Shown here: in pieces, positions 46,641 through 61,629 of the stretch
How positions within the stretch are numbered: position 1 is the stretch's first letter
Layout: the number at the start of each line of letters is the position of its first letter
NCBI RefSeq assembly: GCF_009914755.1
Contig: NC_060938.1
Reading direction: 5' to 3' (one strand)
DNA from: the human T2T-CHM13v2.0 reference genome, Homo sapiens
Length of the DNA stretch: 64,000 nt
Program-made: the position numbers and the translations under genes
The notes under the pieces: generated by a model
The model's database searches: none
What the model was told of the DNA's origin: nothing
The model's input: only the letters and a program-made list of their open reading frames with translations

Positions 46641-47151
46641 ATGGAGAAGATGCGGAGACCTGTCCTAATTATATTTTGTCTATGTCTTGGCTGTAAGTTG
46701 AGGGTTCTAAGAACTGGGGACCCCAGGAGACATTTATTCAAGTCCTTTTGGGGAGATGGGGATGTAGTCTGGACTTACTTGTCATTGCTTGTTTGAGATT
46801 AAGAAATAAAATTATGAAAGGTCTAAATTAAAATGTACATATTGTACCTGATGTCTTTCTGAATAGGGGCAAATGGAGAAAACCAGGTGGAGCACAGCCC
46901 TCATTTTCTGGGACCCCAGCAGGGAGACGTTGCCTCCATGAGCTGCACGTACTCTGTCAGTCGTTTTAACAATTTGCAGTGGTACAGGCAAAATACAGGG
47001 ATGGGTCCCAAACACCTATTATCCATGTATTCAGCTGGATATGAGAAGCAGAAAGGAAGACTAAATGCTACATTACTGAAGAATGGAAGCAGCTTGTACA
47101 TTACAGCCGTGCAGCCTGAAGATTCAGCCACCTATTTCTGTGCTGTAGATG
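46641..47151 (+). CDS. TRAV7: T-cell receptor alpha variable 7 (leader exon 46641-46692, V-exon 46867-47151)
   Basis: MEKMRRPVLIIFCLCLG|W ANGENQVEHSPHFLGPQQGDVASMSCTYSVSRFNNLQWYRQNTGMGPKHLLSMYSAGYEKQKGRLNATLLKNGSSLYITAVQPEDSATYFCAVD; canonical GT/AG. Confidence 0.97.
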
Positions 47152-47190
47152 CACAGTACTCCCTAGGCACCTGCAACCTGTATCCAAACA
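47152..47190 (+). other. 23-RSS of TRAV7
   Basis: CACAGTA 47152-47158, 23-bp spacer, ATCCAAACA 47182-47190. Confidence 0.9.
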
Positions 47191-48244
47191 TGCAGCTGGG
47201 TAGAAGTACCATAACAGAAGCATCAGCAATAGGGGCCCTGAGCCTGAGTAGACGTGAAGAACTAAGGCATGAGTATGACCAGAGAGGGGAGGAGATAAAG
47301 GGTGCTGTTCATTTGACTCATGTATCTTTTATCAGGCCACCCTTCACAAAGACCGTCTTTGTGCCTTATTTGAATTGATCAATCCTGACCCTTCCTATCT
47401 TCAGCAGAATCCTTTAGTGCCCAGGTCAGTCTTCTAGCATAGAGAGCACTTGTTCTCTTCTCAGGCCTGGTGGAAACACATGTCAAAGAAATTTGAAGAC
47501 TGTTGTTTTTCTACTGTAAAATCTGACAAAGGAACTACAATGGTTGGAATCATATGTGAAAAATGCTGTAGCAGTGGTTTTCATTTACTCACCCACTGAA
47601 CAAGTATCTCTCAGCTCCTGATATGTGCCAGGTACTCTTTAGTCATTGGGATGCATTGGTATTGAACATAGCAGATAAGCCATCATAGAGCTCATGTTTC
47701 CTAAGTTTCTGGGATACACAAAGGGGAAACCAAGTCTGCCTAGGATTTAGAGGTTCCCGAGAAATTGCAGCAAGAGTTTAGTTTCATCTTCATCAATCAT
47801 TTTTCTCATGGAAACATGGTTAAAGATTGGGGACAGCTGAATGCTGCTTGAATCTGTGGGTCAAGAATTGGCTTCACATGTTGAGGTATTGTCTGCCAGA
47901 GTTGAGGAGAAATGCCAGGTGGTTTTCGGTATCATCTGGCCATTTCCAAACAAGTCTGGAAAGTGAAGTGCTACAGGCTGTCATAAATAAAACAAATCTA
48001 TAAAGCCTGACCCTTTATTTAATGGAATTGTGGAGTTCAAATAAAATATCAAATACGATGCTATTGATGAATAGCACTAAACATTGGACATTATTTTAAA
48101 TAATTTGTAGAGTAGCTTTCTGTTACTGTAGATTCTAGATGCTCTTTTGGGGACCCAGCTCAGGACAGGCTAAGTGGAATTTGTGAAACCATCAGAAAGG
48201 AGAAAGGAGAAGCTCAGTCCACTGAGCCAATGCTGTAGGAGTTC

Positions 48245-49860
<1,616 letters not shown>

Positions 49861-50751
49861 AAACCTTATTTTGCAAGGATTTAAAACAATCAATAAATTG
49901 TATCCTTACATTAGCAATGAATAAGTAAAAAATTAGCAATGAGAGGCACACACTCATTCAATAACTGTTTTGGATAGACAGCAAAGTCACTGACAGTGGC
50001 TTTTCTTTTTGATTCCTGGGATCCTTCAGAGACTCCATCTCTTTGATGCTGCAGAAAACTGGGGTCACTGGTGGCAGGTTTCTTGTGGTAGGTAGATTTC
50101 CCATGAGCACCTGTTTTGATCTGTGTTTCCCTGCCCTTCCAATGGTTGAGAAGCTTCTGATGCTGTATGTTAAATGCCAAGAGAGAATTCAGTTTCCCTG
50201 ACTTTACCCTATTTAATCTAAATCCTTGGATTACAATTGTTGGGTGCTAGAAATCAGATGTTCCTAATAAAGCCCACTGTTACTTGGGAAAATAAGCAAT
50301 TTGTGTCCTTGATCATATGATTCTGACATATTTCACTCAAACCTACTGGTATAATTCCTAAGATATATTCTCTACATAAACTCATAGAGAAGAACAGGAT
50401 TTCCCCCACAGAAAGAGACAGTGTGGACATCAAAGGAAACTATGTTAACTCAAAAAGGTGAAGCCGTTATGAAAATAGAGTCTCTTCACCTTATAGGTGT
50501 GCTGTTCATATAAGCTAAACAGATTACAGACAAAGGTCCAAGGAACAGGGGAAGAGGGACACACTGGTTCTGACCTTCATGAAGATAAGGCACAAAGGAG
50601 GAGGGAGAAGGAAAAGAGTCTCGATGCTTCGACCTAAACAAATCCAGGAGAGTGGATTCTGAAGGAAATATACTACTTTCTTGTCTAAGGATAAAACTTT
50701 ACATGGCTTTTCAGAGCAATGATCTCTCTCTCTCTCTCTTCAGCATTTACC

Positions 50752-51106
50752 ATTTTTTTAAAATTTTATTTTATTATTATTATACTTTAAGTTTTAGGGT
50801 TTGTTATGTATGTATACATGTGCCATGTTGGTGTGCTGCACCCATTAACTCGTCATTTAGCATTAGGTATATCTCCTAATGCTATCCCTCCCTCCTCCCC
50901 CCACTCCACAACAGTCCCTGGAGTGTGATGTTCCCCTTCCTGTGTCCATGTGTTCTCATTGTTCAATTCCCACCTATGAGTGAGAACATGCAGTGTTTGG
51001 TTTTTTGCCCTTGCGATAGTTTGCTGAGAATGATGGTTTCCAGTTTCATCCATGTCCCTACAAAGGATATGAACTTATCATTTTTTATGGCTGCATAGTA
51101 TTCCAT
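50752..51106 (-). mobile_element. Short 5'-truncated L1PA3/4-like insertion (3' UTR)
   Basis: tattatactttaagttttaggg...tttttatggctgcatagtattcc; flanked by ccattttttt on both sides. Confidence 0.88.
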
Positions 51107-51303
51107 TTTTTTCATAAGCACAAAAGGCAAGAAGAAGGAACTAAATAGTGTTTATTTATTTTACCATGAGCTGAGAGTTTAGCAGCTTGGGAGCATTTTT
51201 CCACAATGCCAGAACCTTGTCTTTGAATCTTTGATGCTCCTCTAGCTCACTGTTCCAAAATGGCATTTTAAAAACCATTGCTGATACTGCCTAAAGCAAT
51301 TTA

Positions 51304-51805
<502 letters not shown>

Positions 51806-52954
51806 TCAATAAATGGTGTTGGGATAACTGATTAGCCATATGAAGAAGATTGAAACTAGACCCCTTCCTTATGCCATGCACAAAAATCAACTCAAGATGG
51901 ATTAAAGACTTAAATGCAAAATTTAAAACTATAAAAACTCTGAAAGATAACCTAGAAAATACCATTCTGGACATAGGACCTGGCAAATATTTCATCACAA
52001 AGACACCAAAAGCATTTGCAACAAAAACAAAAAATTGACAAAATGGATCTAATTAAACTAAAGAGCCTCTTCACAGCAAAAGAAACTATCAACAGAATAA
52101 ACAGACAACTTACAAAATGGAATAAAATTTTTGCAAACTAGGCATCCAACCAATGTCTAATATCCAGAACCTATAAGGAACTTAAACAAATTTATAAGCA
52201 AAAAACAAGAAACCCCATTGAAAGGCGGGCAAAGGGTACAAACAGACACTTCTCAAAAGAAGACATACATACAAGTGGCCAACAAGGATATGAAAAAATG
52301 TTCAACATCACTAATCATTAGAGAAATGCAAATCAAAATCACAGTGAGATGCCATCTCACACCAGTCAGAATGGCAACTATGAAAAAGTAAAAAAATGAC
52401 AGATGCTGGTGAGGTTGTGGAGAAAAGATTATGCCCTGCTGGTGGGAATGTATATTGGTTCAGCCATCGTGAAAAGTGATGTGATGATTCCTCAAAGAAC
52501 TTAAAACAGAATTACCATTTGAGTCAGCAATTTTGTTATTGGGTATATGCCCAAAGGAATATAAATTGTTCTATCATAAAAACACATGCATGAATATGTT
52601 AATTGCATTACTATTCATAATAGCAAAGACATGGAATCAACCTAAATGTCCATCAATGATAGACTGGATAAAGAAAATGTGGTACATATCCACTATGGAA
52701 TACTATGTAGCCATAAAAAAGAATGAGATCGTGTCTTTTGCAGCAATGTGGGTGGAGCTGGAGGCCATTATCCTAAGCAAACTAAGGCAGGAACAGAAAA
52801 AATAAATACCACATGCTCTCACTTACAAGTTGGAGCTAAACAACAAGAAAACACAGACAAATAAGAGGTGGACAACAGACACTAGGAATTACTTGAGGCT
52901 GGATGGTGGGAGAAGGGAGAGGATCAAAAAACTATCTTTTGGGTACTATGCCTA

Positions 52955-54123
52955 TGATATGGTTTGGCTGTGTCCCCAACCAAATCTCATCTTGATTTTA
53001 GCTCCCATAATTCCCACTGTGTCATGGGAGGAACTTGGTGGGAGGTAATTGACTAATGAAAAGTGTGGGTTTTTCCTGTGCTATTCTTGTAACAGTGATA
53101 CGAACAGGAGGCAGGGAAATACTGGGTAGAAGAAGATGGTTCCCTGGTAAAGGCCCCACCCTCTAGACTGGAAATCGTGGCCCTAAATGAGAACAGTTAT
53201 CTCTGTTTTTTCACCGAAATGTTGCCTTTTGGGCCCAACCTGCCCCCCTATCCTGTGCCCCATATAAACCTCAGACGTCAGCTGGTAAAGGGACAAGCAG
53301 CTGAACATTGAGAGGAGAAGAAGCAACTGAGTGTCGGAGACTATGGATAGACATGGCTTAACTTCAGACGGCATGACTTCAGAGGGGAGCCTGGCCAGAG
53401 ATGGCTGGGCTTCAGGGAAAAAGATCACCTTCTTCCCACACCCATCTCCTTTCCAGCTCCCCTTCCACTGAGCGCCACTTCCATTGCTTAATAAAATCCT
53501 CCACATTCATCACCTTTCAAACCATTAGAGTGACCTGATTCTTCCTCGACGCCGGACGAGAATTCGAGATGCACTAGGTGCAGGAACCCAAAAAGGCTGT
53601 CACTCTGACTCTTCACTGAGATGTTTAACACTTAAGCTGTCCGAAGATGGCAAAGCTAAAAGAGCATTAACTGTAACAAACCCCTAAATGCTGCCGTGGG
53701 GCCAGAGCCCAAAAGCACTCACCTCAGCCCTGGCACCCACTTGCCTACGTGCTCATTTCTGTGAGGGGTTCAGCACAGCAGGTTTGAGCAAGCGAAGTTC
53801 ATCCCTGCAGGCGCTGAAGTGGCTGGCTGGACCCAGAGCTGGTGCACTCCAGTTCCTGCCCACCAAAGGGTCAAGGGAACTATCCCATCTCAGTAGCGAA
53901 TAAGTCTCACGAGATCTGATGGCTTCATAAAGGAGAATTCCCCTGCACAGACTCTTTTGCCTGCCACCACGTAAGATGGGACTTTGCTCCTCCTTTGCCT
54001 TCTGCCATGGTTGTGAGGGCTCCCTAGTCACGTGGTACTGTGAGTTCATTAAACCTCTTTTTCTTTATAAATCACTCAGTCTTGAGTATGTCTTTATTAG
54101 CAGCACGAAAACGGACTAATATA
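52955..54123 (+). mobile_element. THE1 (MaLR) LTR, split by a nested LTR
   Basis: tgatatggtttggctgtgtcccc... (52955-53095) resumes gaataagtctcacgagatctgatgg...ggactaatata (53897-54123). Confidence 0.88.
53096..53892 (+). mobile_element. LTR1/LTR28-family ERV1 solo LTR nested in THE1
   Basis: TGATACGAACAGGAGGCAGGGAAATACTGGGTAGAAG...GGGAACTATCCCATCTCA; TG...CA ends. Confidence 0.7.
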
Positions 54124-54569
54124 GCTCATCACCTTGGTGACGAAACAATCTGCACACCAAATTCTGAGACATGCAGTTTACCTATATAGCAAATCTGCAC
54201 ATATACCCCTGAAACTCAAATAAAAGTTTTAAAAAGTCATGACTACAACATAAATCACCTGAGGGAACTTTTTAAAAACACAGCTTCCCCAGGACAGTCT
54301 CATAGAGGTTATGTCAGTATGAATAAGGTGGATCACAGAATCTGCATTTTTACTATGCTCCCTTGCTGATTGTGATGCAAAGCTAGGTTCAAGAACCCAT
54401 GCTGTAAGATGCTTCTGAACATCAGCTACCATGTCTCCATGTGGTAGAAGAGTGTTTGAACTTGCTTTCCAGTCTTTGGAAGCAAATCAACATCACCTAT
54501 ATGTTTAATCCCCTATGTGAAAATAATTTATGTATGTACATGTTTTTATATGCCATCTATACTAAATGC

Positions 54570-54630
54570 TATCTACCAATCATCTATCTATCTACCAATC
54601 ATCTATCTATCTATTATCTATCTATCTATC

Positions 54631-54677
<47 letters not shown>

Positions 54678-54710
54678 ATCTATCTATCTATCACCTATCT
54701 ATCCATCCTA
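54570..54710 (+). repeat. (TCTA)n/(TATC)n compound microsatellite inside an MLT2-type LTR end
   Basis: Interrupted TCTA arrays followed by ctattggttctgtttctctggagaaccctgactaataca. Confidence 0.9.
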
Positions 54711-55046
54711 TTGGTTCTGTTTCTCTGGAGAACCCTGACTAATACAGACAGTGTCCTGGGAATAAAATAAGCCTCTGAATAAATAGCAACAGGTGTTCTT
54801 CAGATTTGAAAATGGTCACCTGGCAGCTGAATGTGACTTGAAAATGAGGTCCAAGGTAAGCATGTGGCACTATCTTTCAGGAGAAAACGTTCCTTGCAGT
54901 GTAGTCCCTTGCCTGTGAGGGGGCACAGCTTCTGAAAACAAATACATCTCCTGCTAAAATCTTAGGTTCATGTTCAGCATTTTATTGAGATGACAATATT
55001 TTTTATGCTATGCAGTTAAGAATTGAGGATGCCAGAGGTTTTAAAG

Positions 55047-55549
55047 ATGGAATTTTCACCAGGTCCAGCGATTACAACACTCGTAATGTTTGGTAAGTTT
55101 GGGGAAAATAATATGCCTGTTAAAATTTGGATTTTTAAAATTTGTTATGTCAGTATAATAACCACAATTTTGTCCAATTCAAACTCAGGGTGATATGCAG
55201 CTTTTTATTTCTGAGGAGGAAGCAGTGGAGACTCAGGGACCTGGATAGAAAGTTAGTGGCCTTCTCAGAAGGAGCTCTCCCTATTGTAAACTGTTCCTAT
55301 GCCACCATGGTGAACCTACCCTTTTCTGGTTATGTTCAATATCCTGGTGAAAGTCTGCAGCTCCTCTTGAGAACTGCAAAGGAAAATGAGAATGGAAGCA
55401 ACAAAGACTTTGAAGTCACATATCACGAAGAAAAAAAAAACACCTTTCAGTGGGAGAAACTTTGAGCTTAAGTGTCAGATGTGGCTGCTTAGTGCTGTGC
55501 TGTGAGCCAGACACACCGAGTGGGGCTGCAGGCGAGCTGAGACAAGGTT
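55047..55549 (+). pseudogene. TRAV9-like pseudogene
   Basis: Intact leader exon 55047-55092 MEFSPGPAITTLVMF|G with GTAAGT donor (cf. TRAV9-1 MNSSPGPAIALFLMFG). V-exon from 55216: GGSSGDS, then a -1 frameshift; IVNCSY...YVQYPGESLQLLLRTAKENENGSNKDFEVTY...; stops TGA/TAA/TAG in FR3. Degenerate RSS CACACCG 55512-55518, 22-bp spacer, GACAAGGTT. Confidence 0.92.
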
Positions 55550-58354
55550 CAGTGGCCCAGGCAGGACCTTGCTGCTGAGGAGCTGCTGCATGACTCTTGC
55601 TGGTTTAAGGAAAACCTACTGTGGTTTGACCTTCAGACACTCTAGCAGATGTAAAGATCACCTACATCGACTCTAAGGACACAGCAGAAGAACGGGAAGT
55701 GAATATGGCCTGAGCATAACTCTCCTTGTAGAAAGAAGAAACAGGGTCTGACATCCTTTTCCAGAGATCAGTGAAGTAAGCTCTGTCTTCTTCTTACTAA
55801 GTTCAGCCCTGTGGCTTTGACCAAGGGCACCTAAAGAAATAGTGATGTATAGTATATTGTTTTCTCTTTAGAGATGCAACATGAAATATGTAAGGTTGCA
55901 TCTGCATAATGTCTCCCTGGAAGAGGGAGGGTTATTTCCTAGAGCACATAAGGAAGAACCCCAACGCAACTAGTTGTTAAAAAAGGAGAAAATAGAAGGG
56001 AAGAAGGAGGAAAAAGAGAGTACCACATGTAAACAAAGAATGGACTGAGAGTGACATTTGTCATAGTTTGTTTTGTTACAAATCAAATAGCAGACATGAA
56101 ATGGTGCCCTCAGAAAAGTGAAAACAAGCACATAATTTGTTTGTGGCTCAAGAAGACATGAAGAAGTGGCTCACGTCCAAATCCTACACACATTCCTTTT
56201 CCCCTTCTCTCCTTCTCACTATATATTGGTTAGTTGGCTTCGTAAAGCAAATCCTGAATTGAGACAGATGGGTGGTGCCGTAGAGCCTGATGAAGGAGAA
56301 CACTCAAGCTCAAATTCTTCATGGCAGTATAGCTCAGGGATGGTGGATGGGGGAAATGCTATAGCTTCCTCAACTCCTTGTGAGCCTTTCCTTCTCCTCA
56401 AGGAGAAAGAAGTTTAAGGTAGCCATGTGGGTAGGGGAAGAAAATGGAGGAGAAAGAGTACGACTCTCTGAATTGCATTGCAGATATACCTGAGGTCTCT
56501 GTAAATATTGGAGTAACTTTTCTTGTCTAGTACAGGCATTTAATGAATATTCATTTTGATCCATAAAAATGAATTTTATTTTCAAGGAGAATGGTGCTTG
56601 TTAAGACAGGAGGATGATAGAGCCATTCAAGGTGTCTCAATAGCTCAGGGACTGAAGTGAAGCAACTGTAAAAGTCCCTAAAAATGTTATTATCAGCGAA
56701 GGGTCCTTATCCTCAATCTTCCCCTTTTCTCTGTTTCCCTTCCTAAGTTTTTTCTAACATTTTCTTTTATCACTGACCCTCTCTCTGAGTCTTATGAATG
56801 AGCTGAAGTAATAACCCCTCTCTAATTTTATTTTCTACCTTTTTTTTTTTTTTACCAGTTCTGCCTTCTTAGTTTACATTTTTAAAATTCTCTTTTAATA
56901 AAATATTACATGTGCATGGGTAAATGCAAAACTTGAAAGAGAGAAAAACTGTACAATTTTAAAAAGTTCCAGATTTTTGGTTGAACATGGTTGATTAAAT
57001 ATTCATGTTTATTCTCTGCTCCCTCCTGAGGCCCTAGTGAAATGCTAATAAAGAAGTTCAAAGCCTGTATGAACATACAAACACAAAGTGAACTGAAAAG
57101 ATGGTGACAGCACAAGAGAGATCAACATAACGTTGAAGGCGTTGAAAGCAAATGGAGAGGTGACAAACTGGTTTAACCAAGAGAGAAAACCTGTGCCTGT
57201 AGAGGGGAAAGCTGAGAGACAGCAGTCCTGTGCATTCTGCAGCATTCTGGAAATGCTCAAGAATTAGAAGCATCAATTTTGATGGGGAAAAAGGCATCAG
57301 GTGTGGAGGGTAGATGGGAAAGAAATAGGAAGATTAATGGAAAGACTAGCCTCAAGAAGGAGCAGTTGGAACCCAGTGTAACCCTCCTATGTCCTTTGCC
57401 ACACTGTACCACAGGCTGCAAGCTACCTCAAATCTGGTGGAAGATTAAAGGTTGAATCTGATTATTTTGAACTAGACAGTCTCTAGATTAGAGAATACTA
57501 GAGATATCTGAGGATGAAATGAGGTGCCATAGGCAAAACAGGGGGATTAAGTGAAATTCTATATTTCTAGTGTTAAGTCCATCAGCTCCTGTGCCCAATT
57601 CAGTTTAAAATTCTAGTTTTCCAAATAATTTTTCATCAGAATCTAATATTTGTTGATGCTGATGAGAAATCTAATTCCAGTGGGTTACCCCAATTGGAGA
57701 TTTTTTTACTTTTATCTCCATACACATCTGGAATTTTTTCCCAACTTATCCTTGGTGTTCTAGTTTTGCTAGAATACGTTTAAGTGTAAGTCTTTTTAAT
57801 TCAGTGATAATCACACTTTGCGGGCTATTTTCATCTGAATATGCAATGTCCTTCAGTTGTGGGAAAATTTGTTCTATCACTTCTTTAGTAAATCTCTCTC
57901 TTCTGGTTCTTTTTTCTAGGACAAATATTATTTGCTTGTTTTATCTCCAAGATTGATTTTCTATGTAGTAGTATATTTCAGTGCATTTTTGACTCTTTTT
58001 CTTCTGTGTCCTGAGAGATTTTCTCAATTTTGTTTTTCAGACTATCTGCTGATTTTTATAAAGTTTTGGCAACAATAGTTTAGTTTTTAAAGAGCTCTTT
58101 GTGGTTGTTGAATTTTTGTTGTTGATTCTTTTAGGTTACATGTAACTAGATATTTTTGAACGTTCTCTTTTATTCTTAGAATTTTGTTTCCCTTTGCATC
58201 AGGGTTTCTGATTCTTTTCTTGATATTTATATTTGTTGCTTTATACTGAGGCCTAGTCCTCCCTGCTGTCCCTTCATATTATAAGAAGGAAGGACTATAC
58301 AGCTACAGGTATTTCCTGTGTCATTGTTTATGTAGGTCTGTTTTCCAATAGGTT

Positions 58355-58740
58355 TCCTTGAAGATGTGATTTAGCTAAGGACCTTGAGATAGGAAAATTA
58401 GCCTGGATCATCCAGGTGGACTCAGTCTAATCACATGGGTTTTTAAAATTGGAGAAACATTCCCTGCTGTGGTCAGAGGGAGACGTGACTATGGTTGAAT
58501 GATCAAAGAGATGAAACATTGCTGGCTTTGAAGATGGAGGGAGGGGTTGCAGACCAAGAAATATGTGCAGCCTCTAGAAGTTGGAAAACAGACTCACTCC
58601 TAGAGGCTTCAGAAAGTTATAATGCTGATAACTTGATTTTAACTCAAAAGAGACTCATGTTGAACTTCTAACCCACAGAGCTGTAAAAATAACTTTGTCT
58701 TGTTAAGACATCAAGTTTGTGATAACTTGTTATAGCAACC
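58355..58740 (+). mobile_element. MLT1 (MaLR) LTR
   Basis: gatgtgatttagctaaggaccttgagatagg...gctggctttgaagatggagg...taacttgttatagcaacc. Confidence 0.75.
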
Positions 58741-59846
58741 GTATGTCAATTTGCAGCTTTTTATTTAGAATATGTGAACAAGGGTTTGATGCTGCTTTCA
58801 ACCTCCTCACTCTTGAACCCCTCAAACTCCTCCCCACTCTCCACCAGTGCACCAATGCCAGATTGAAGGGTTACTCATTACAATTTATATTGTAGTCTCT
58901 CATATTTGTGTTTTTTTCCCCATGACTTCCACTTCTGTAGTTAAGTCATCATCTCCTTTACATTTTTATTCTTTTATCAGTGGGAATTTTGGAAAGATAG
59001 GCAGTGAGCAGGTATGGTCATCTGATATCTGGAATTAGAAGCATTATTCATGGACTTCTTATAAGTGAGAGACAATCTACAGGCAAAAAGAAGCAAGGCA
59101 ATGAGAATCCCAAGGACAGATTTGATTTCCTGTTGCTAGAAACAATCACAGTCCCAGAAAAGATGCTTTCTAACTTTAGAAAAAGGTCCCTATTGCCCTG
59201 AGGAAAGGCAGCGTGTTTCTCTCTTCTCATTTTCCCTAAAATTGATCTCCTGGTGTGACAGTTACTTGTTTAGCCCCAGGGTCTACAGGCTGAAGTGGGA
59301 GGGAAGAAAAGGCCTCTTTCAGAAGAACAGGCTTCTTTCAGAAGGACAGCCTTGCTATTGCCACAATCAACACTACCTTGTTTTACAAGACTTGACTCAT
59401 TTATGTAAAACTACTGGTTGCCTATCTATGTCAGATTTCATGATCAAACAGCTCACATATCTTTTTTTCTTTTAGATGTTTTTCTTAGCTCTGGTCTGCT
59501 GGTGGTACTCCTTCTTGGATTCCAGGGTAAATGCAAATGTATTTTTACTCTGTCCCTAGTTCCTTCAGAAATTATTTATATTTTACTTTGCAATGCCTTC
59601 ATCAATCCTCTCAGTTTTTTCTGTAGATACTAAAGTCTATCAATGATGTCTTGATGATGTAGTACCCAGAATTGGGTGTAATACTCTGGTTATGTTCCCA
59701 GCAAATAGCAATGTTATTTTACTCTCTTATCTGAATATCATATTATAATTTTTGTTGATCTAAAGCCACTGTATCTTTGTAATTCTGCTTGAAGAAGACA
59801 AAGATAATCCTACTTTCTTTTCCTAGATGAGGGCTCATGTTCTAGG

Positions 59847-60284
59847 TGTCAGGCCTCTGAGCCTAAGCTAAGCCATCATAACCCCTGTGACCTGCACGTA
59901 TACATCCAGATGGCCTGGAGCAACTGAAGCACCACAAAAGAAGTGAAATAGTCAGTTCCTGCCTTAACTGATGACATTCCACTATAGTGATTTGTTCCTG
60001 CCCCACCCTAACTGATCAATTGAACTTGTGACATTCCTTCTCCTGGACAATGAGTCTCAGGAGTTCCCCACCAGAACACCTTGTGACCCCCGCCCCTGCC
60101 CGCAAGAGAAAACCCCCTTTAACTGTAATTTTCCACTACCTACCCAAATCCTATAAAACTGCCCCACCCCATCTCCCTTTGCTGACTCCTTTTTAGGACT
60201 TAGTCTGCCTGCACCCAGGTGATTAAAAAGCTTTATTGCTCACACAAAACCTGTTTGGTGGTCTCTTCACAGATGCGCATAACA
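59847..60284 (+). mobile_element. HERVH solo LTR (LTR7 family, LTR7C/B-like)
   Basis: TGTCAGGCCTCTGAGCCTAAGCTAAGCCATC...cctataaaac...gattaaaaagctttattgctcacacaaaacctgtttggtggtctcttcac...AACA; 5-bp TSD CTAGG/CTAGA. Confidence 0.9.
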
Positions 60285-60705
60285 CTAGACTTTTATTTTG
60301 TACATCTGATCTTATTTTTAATTTTACCAAAGTAGGTATCTCCACATCCTACCGCAACCTCCTCTCAACCTGATGCTCACTGCAACAAGACCATTTAAAG
60401 CTCAGTCAGAAGAGTTGATCTAACTATTTTTGCTTAAAGGATGTCTCCACAGCTTTTATACAAAGATACTGAGGGACTCCAAAATCTGCTAGATTCATTG
60501 TGAGATCTTTTTCTCTGTAAATTCCTCCTCTCTTTTACAGTCCTCATTTTTCATTGAGGCTAGGATTAATGTAATATACTACAGAGGGCAACACAGTACA
60601 GATTAGGGAAGAAAGAAATGTTCACTGGAAGTTTTTGACATGTCTCCAAACAAGGAAAGCACAGGTTCACTTCTTGTGGGGAGTCTGTATCCTCAGTCCT
60701 GAATC

Positions 60706-60724
60706 TGGCCTCCAGAGGGTGACG
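60706..60724 (+). promoter_or_regulatory. CTCF-like motif overlapping a TGACG half-CRE in TRAV8-1 promoter
   Basis: TGGCCTCCAGAGGGTGACG; ~330 bp upstream of the ATG. Confidence 0.55.
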
Positions 60725-61036
60725 TTGCACAAGGGACAGATGGCTGTTTCCAATGATGATCAACAAACACTTTCTGCTCAGCCCCTTCTTCCTGCAGCTG
60801 GCTTACTGAAGCACCGTCACTGGAGTTCTTTGAAGATGGGACAAATGGAGAGAATCAAAGATTGAAAAGCACTTAAGATTATCTCAGCAGATTTTGTATT
60901 CTTACCAAAACAAGAGACTTGCCTAGCCCAACCTTCCTCACGCTCGCTATTCTCAAGACCTGGGTTCCAGCCACTTTCCTACTGGCCCCGAGGAGAATTT
61001 CCAAAGAGACGCCTGCAGTGTTTCCACAGCTCAGCC

Positions 61037-61504
61037 ATGCTCCTGTTGCTCATACCAGTGCTGGGGATGATTTTTGCCCTGAGTGAGTAACATTCTATTA
61101 TGGTCTCTAGTTCCACAGAAGTAACTGTTTTCTGATTCAAATCTTAGTAGAAATACTTTTCATAGACAAGTCTGCACTATTTTCACTGATACAACATTGA
61201 TTTTTTCAGGAGATGCCAGAGCCCAGTCTGTGAGCCAGCATAACCACCACGTAATTCTCTCTGAAGCAGCCTCACTGGAGTTGGGATGCAACTATTCCTA
61301 TGGTGGAACTGTTAATCTCTTCTGGTATGTCCAGTACCCTGGTCAACACCTTCAGCTTCTCCTCAAGTACTTTTCAGGGGATCCACTGGTTAAAGGCATC
61401 AAGGGCTTTGAGGCTGAATTTATAAAGAGTAAATTCTCCTTTAATCTGAGGAAACCCTCTGTGCAGTGGAGTGACACAGCTGAGTACTTCTGTGCCGTGA
61501 ATGC
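61037..61504 (+). CDS. TRAV8-1: T-cell receptor alpha variable 8-1 (leader exon 61037-61082, V-exon 61210-61504)
   Basis: MLLLLIPVLGMIFAL|R DARAQSVSQHNHHVILSEAASLELGCNYSYGGTVNLFWYVQYPGQHLQLLLKYFSGDPLVKGIKGFEAEFIKSKFSFNLRKPSVQWSDTAEYFCAVN. Confidence 0.97.
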
Positions 61505-61543
61505 CACAGTGTCTGGGACTGCAAAGGGAGCTGAACACAAACT
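61505..61543 (+). other. 23-RSS of TRAV8-1
   Basis: CACAGTG 61505-61511, 23-bp spacer, ACACAAACT 61535-61543. Confidence 0.95.
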
Positions 61544-61629
61544 TCCTAAGGTGCTAGGGAGAATAACTGCCTCTGAAAGATTTTGGATTCTGTCACAGTA
61601 GAAACCATGATGTTAGTATTTTTAAAAAA

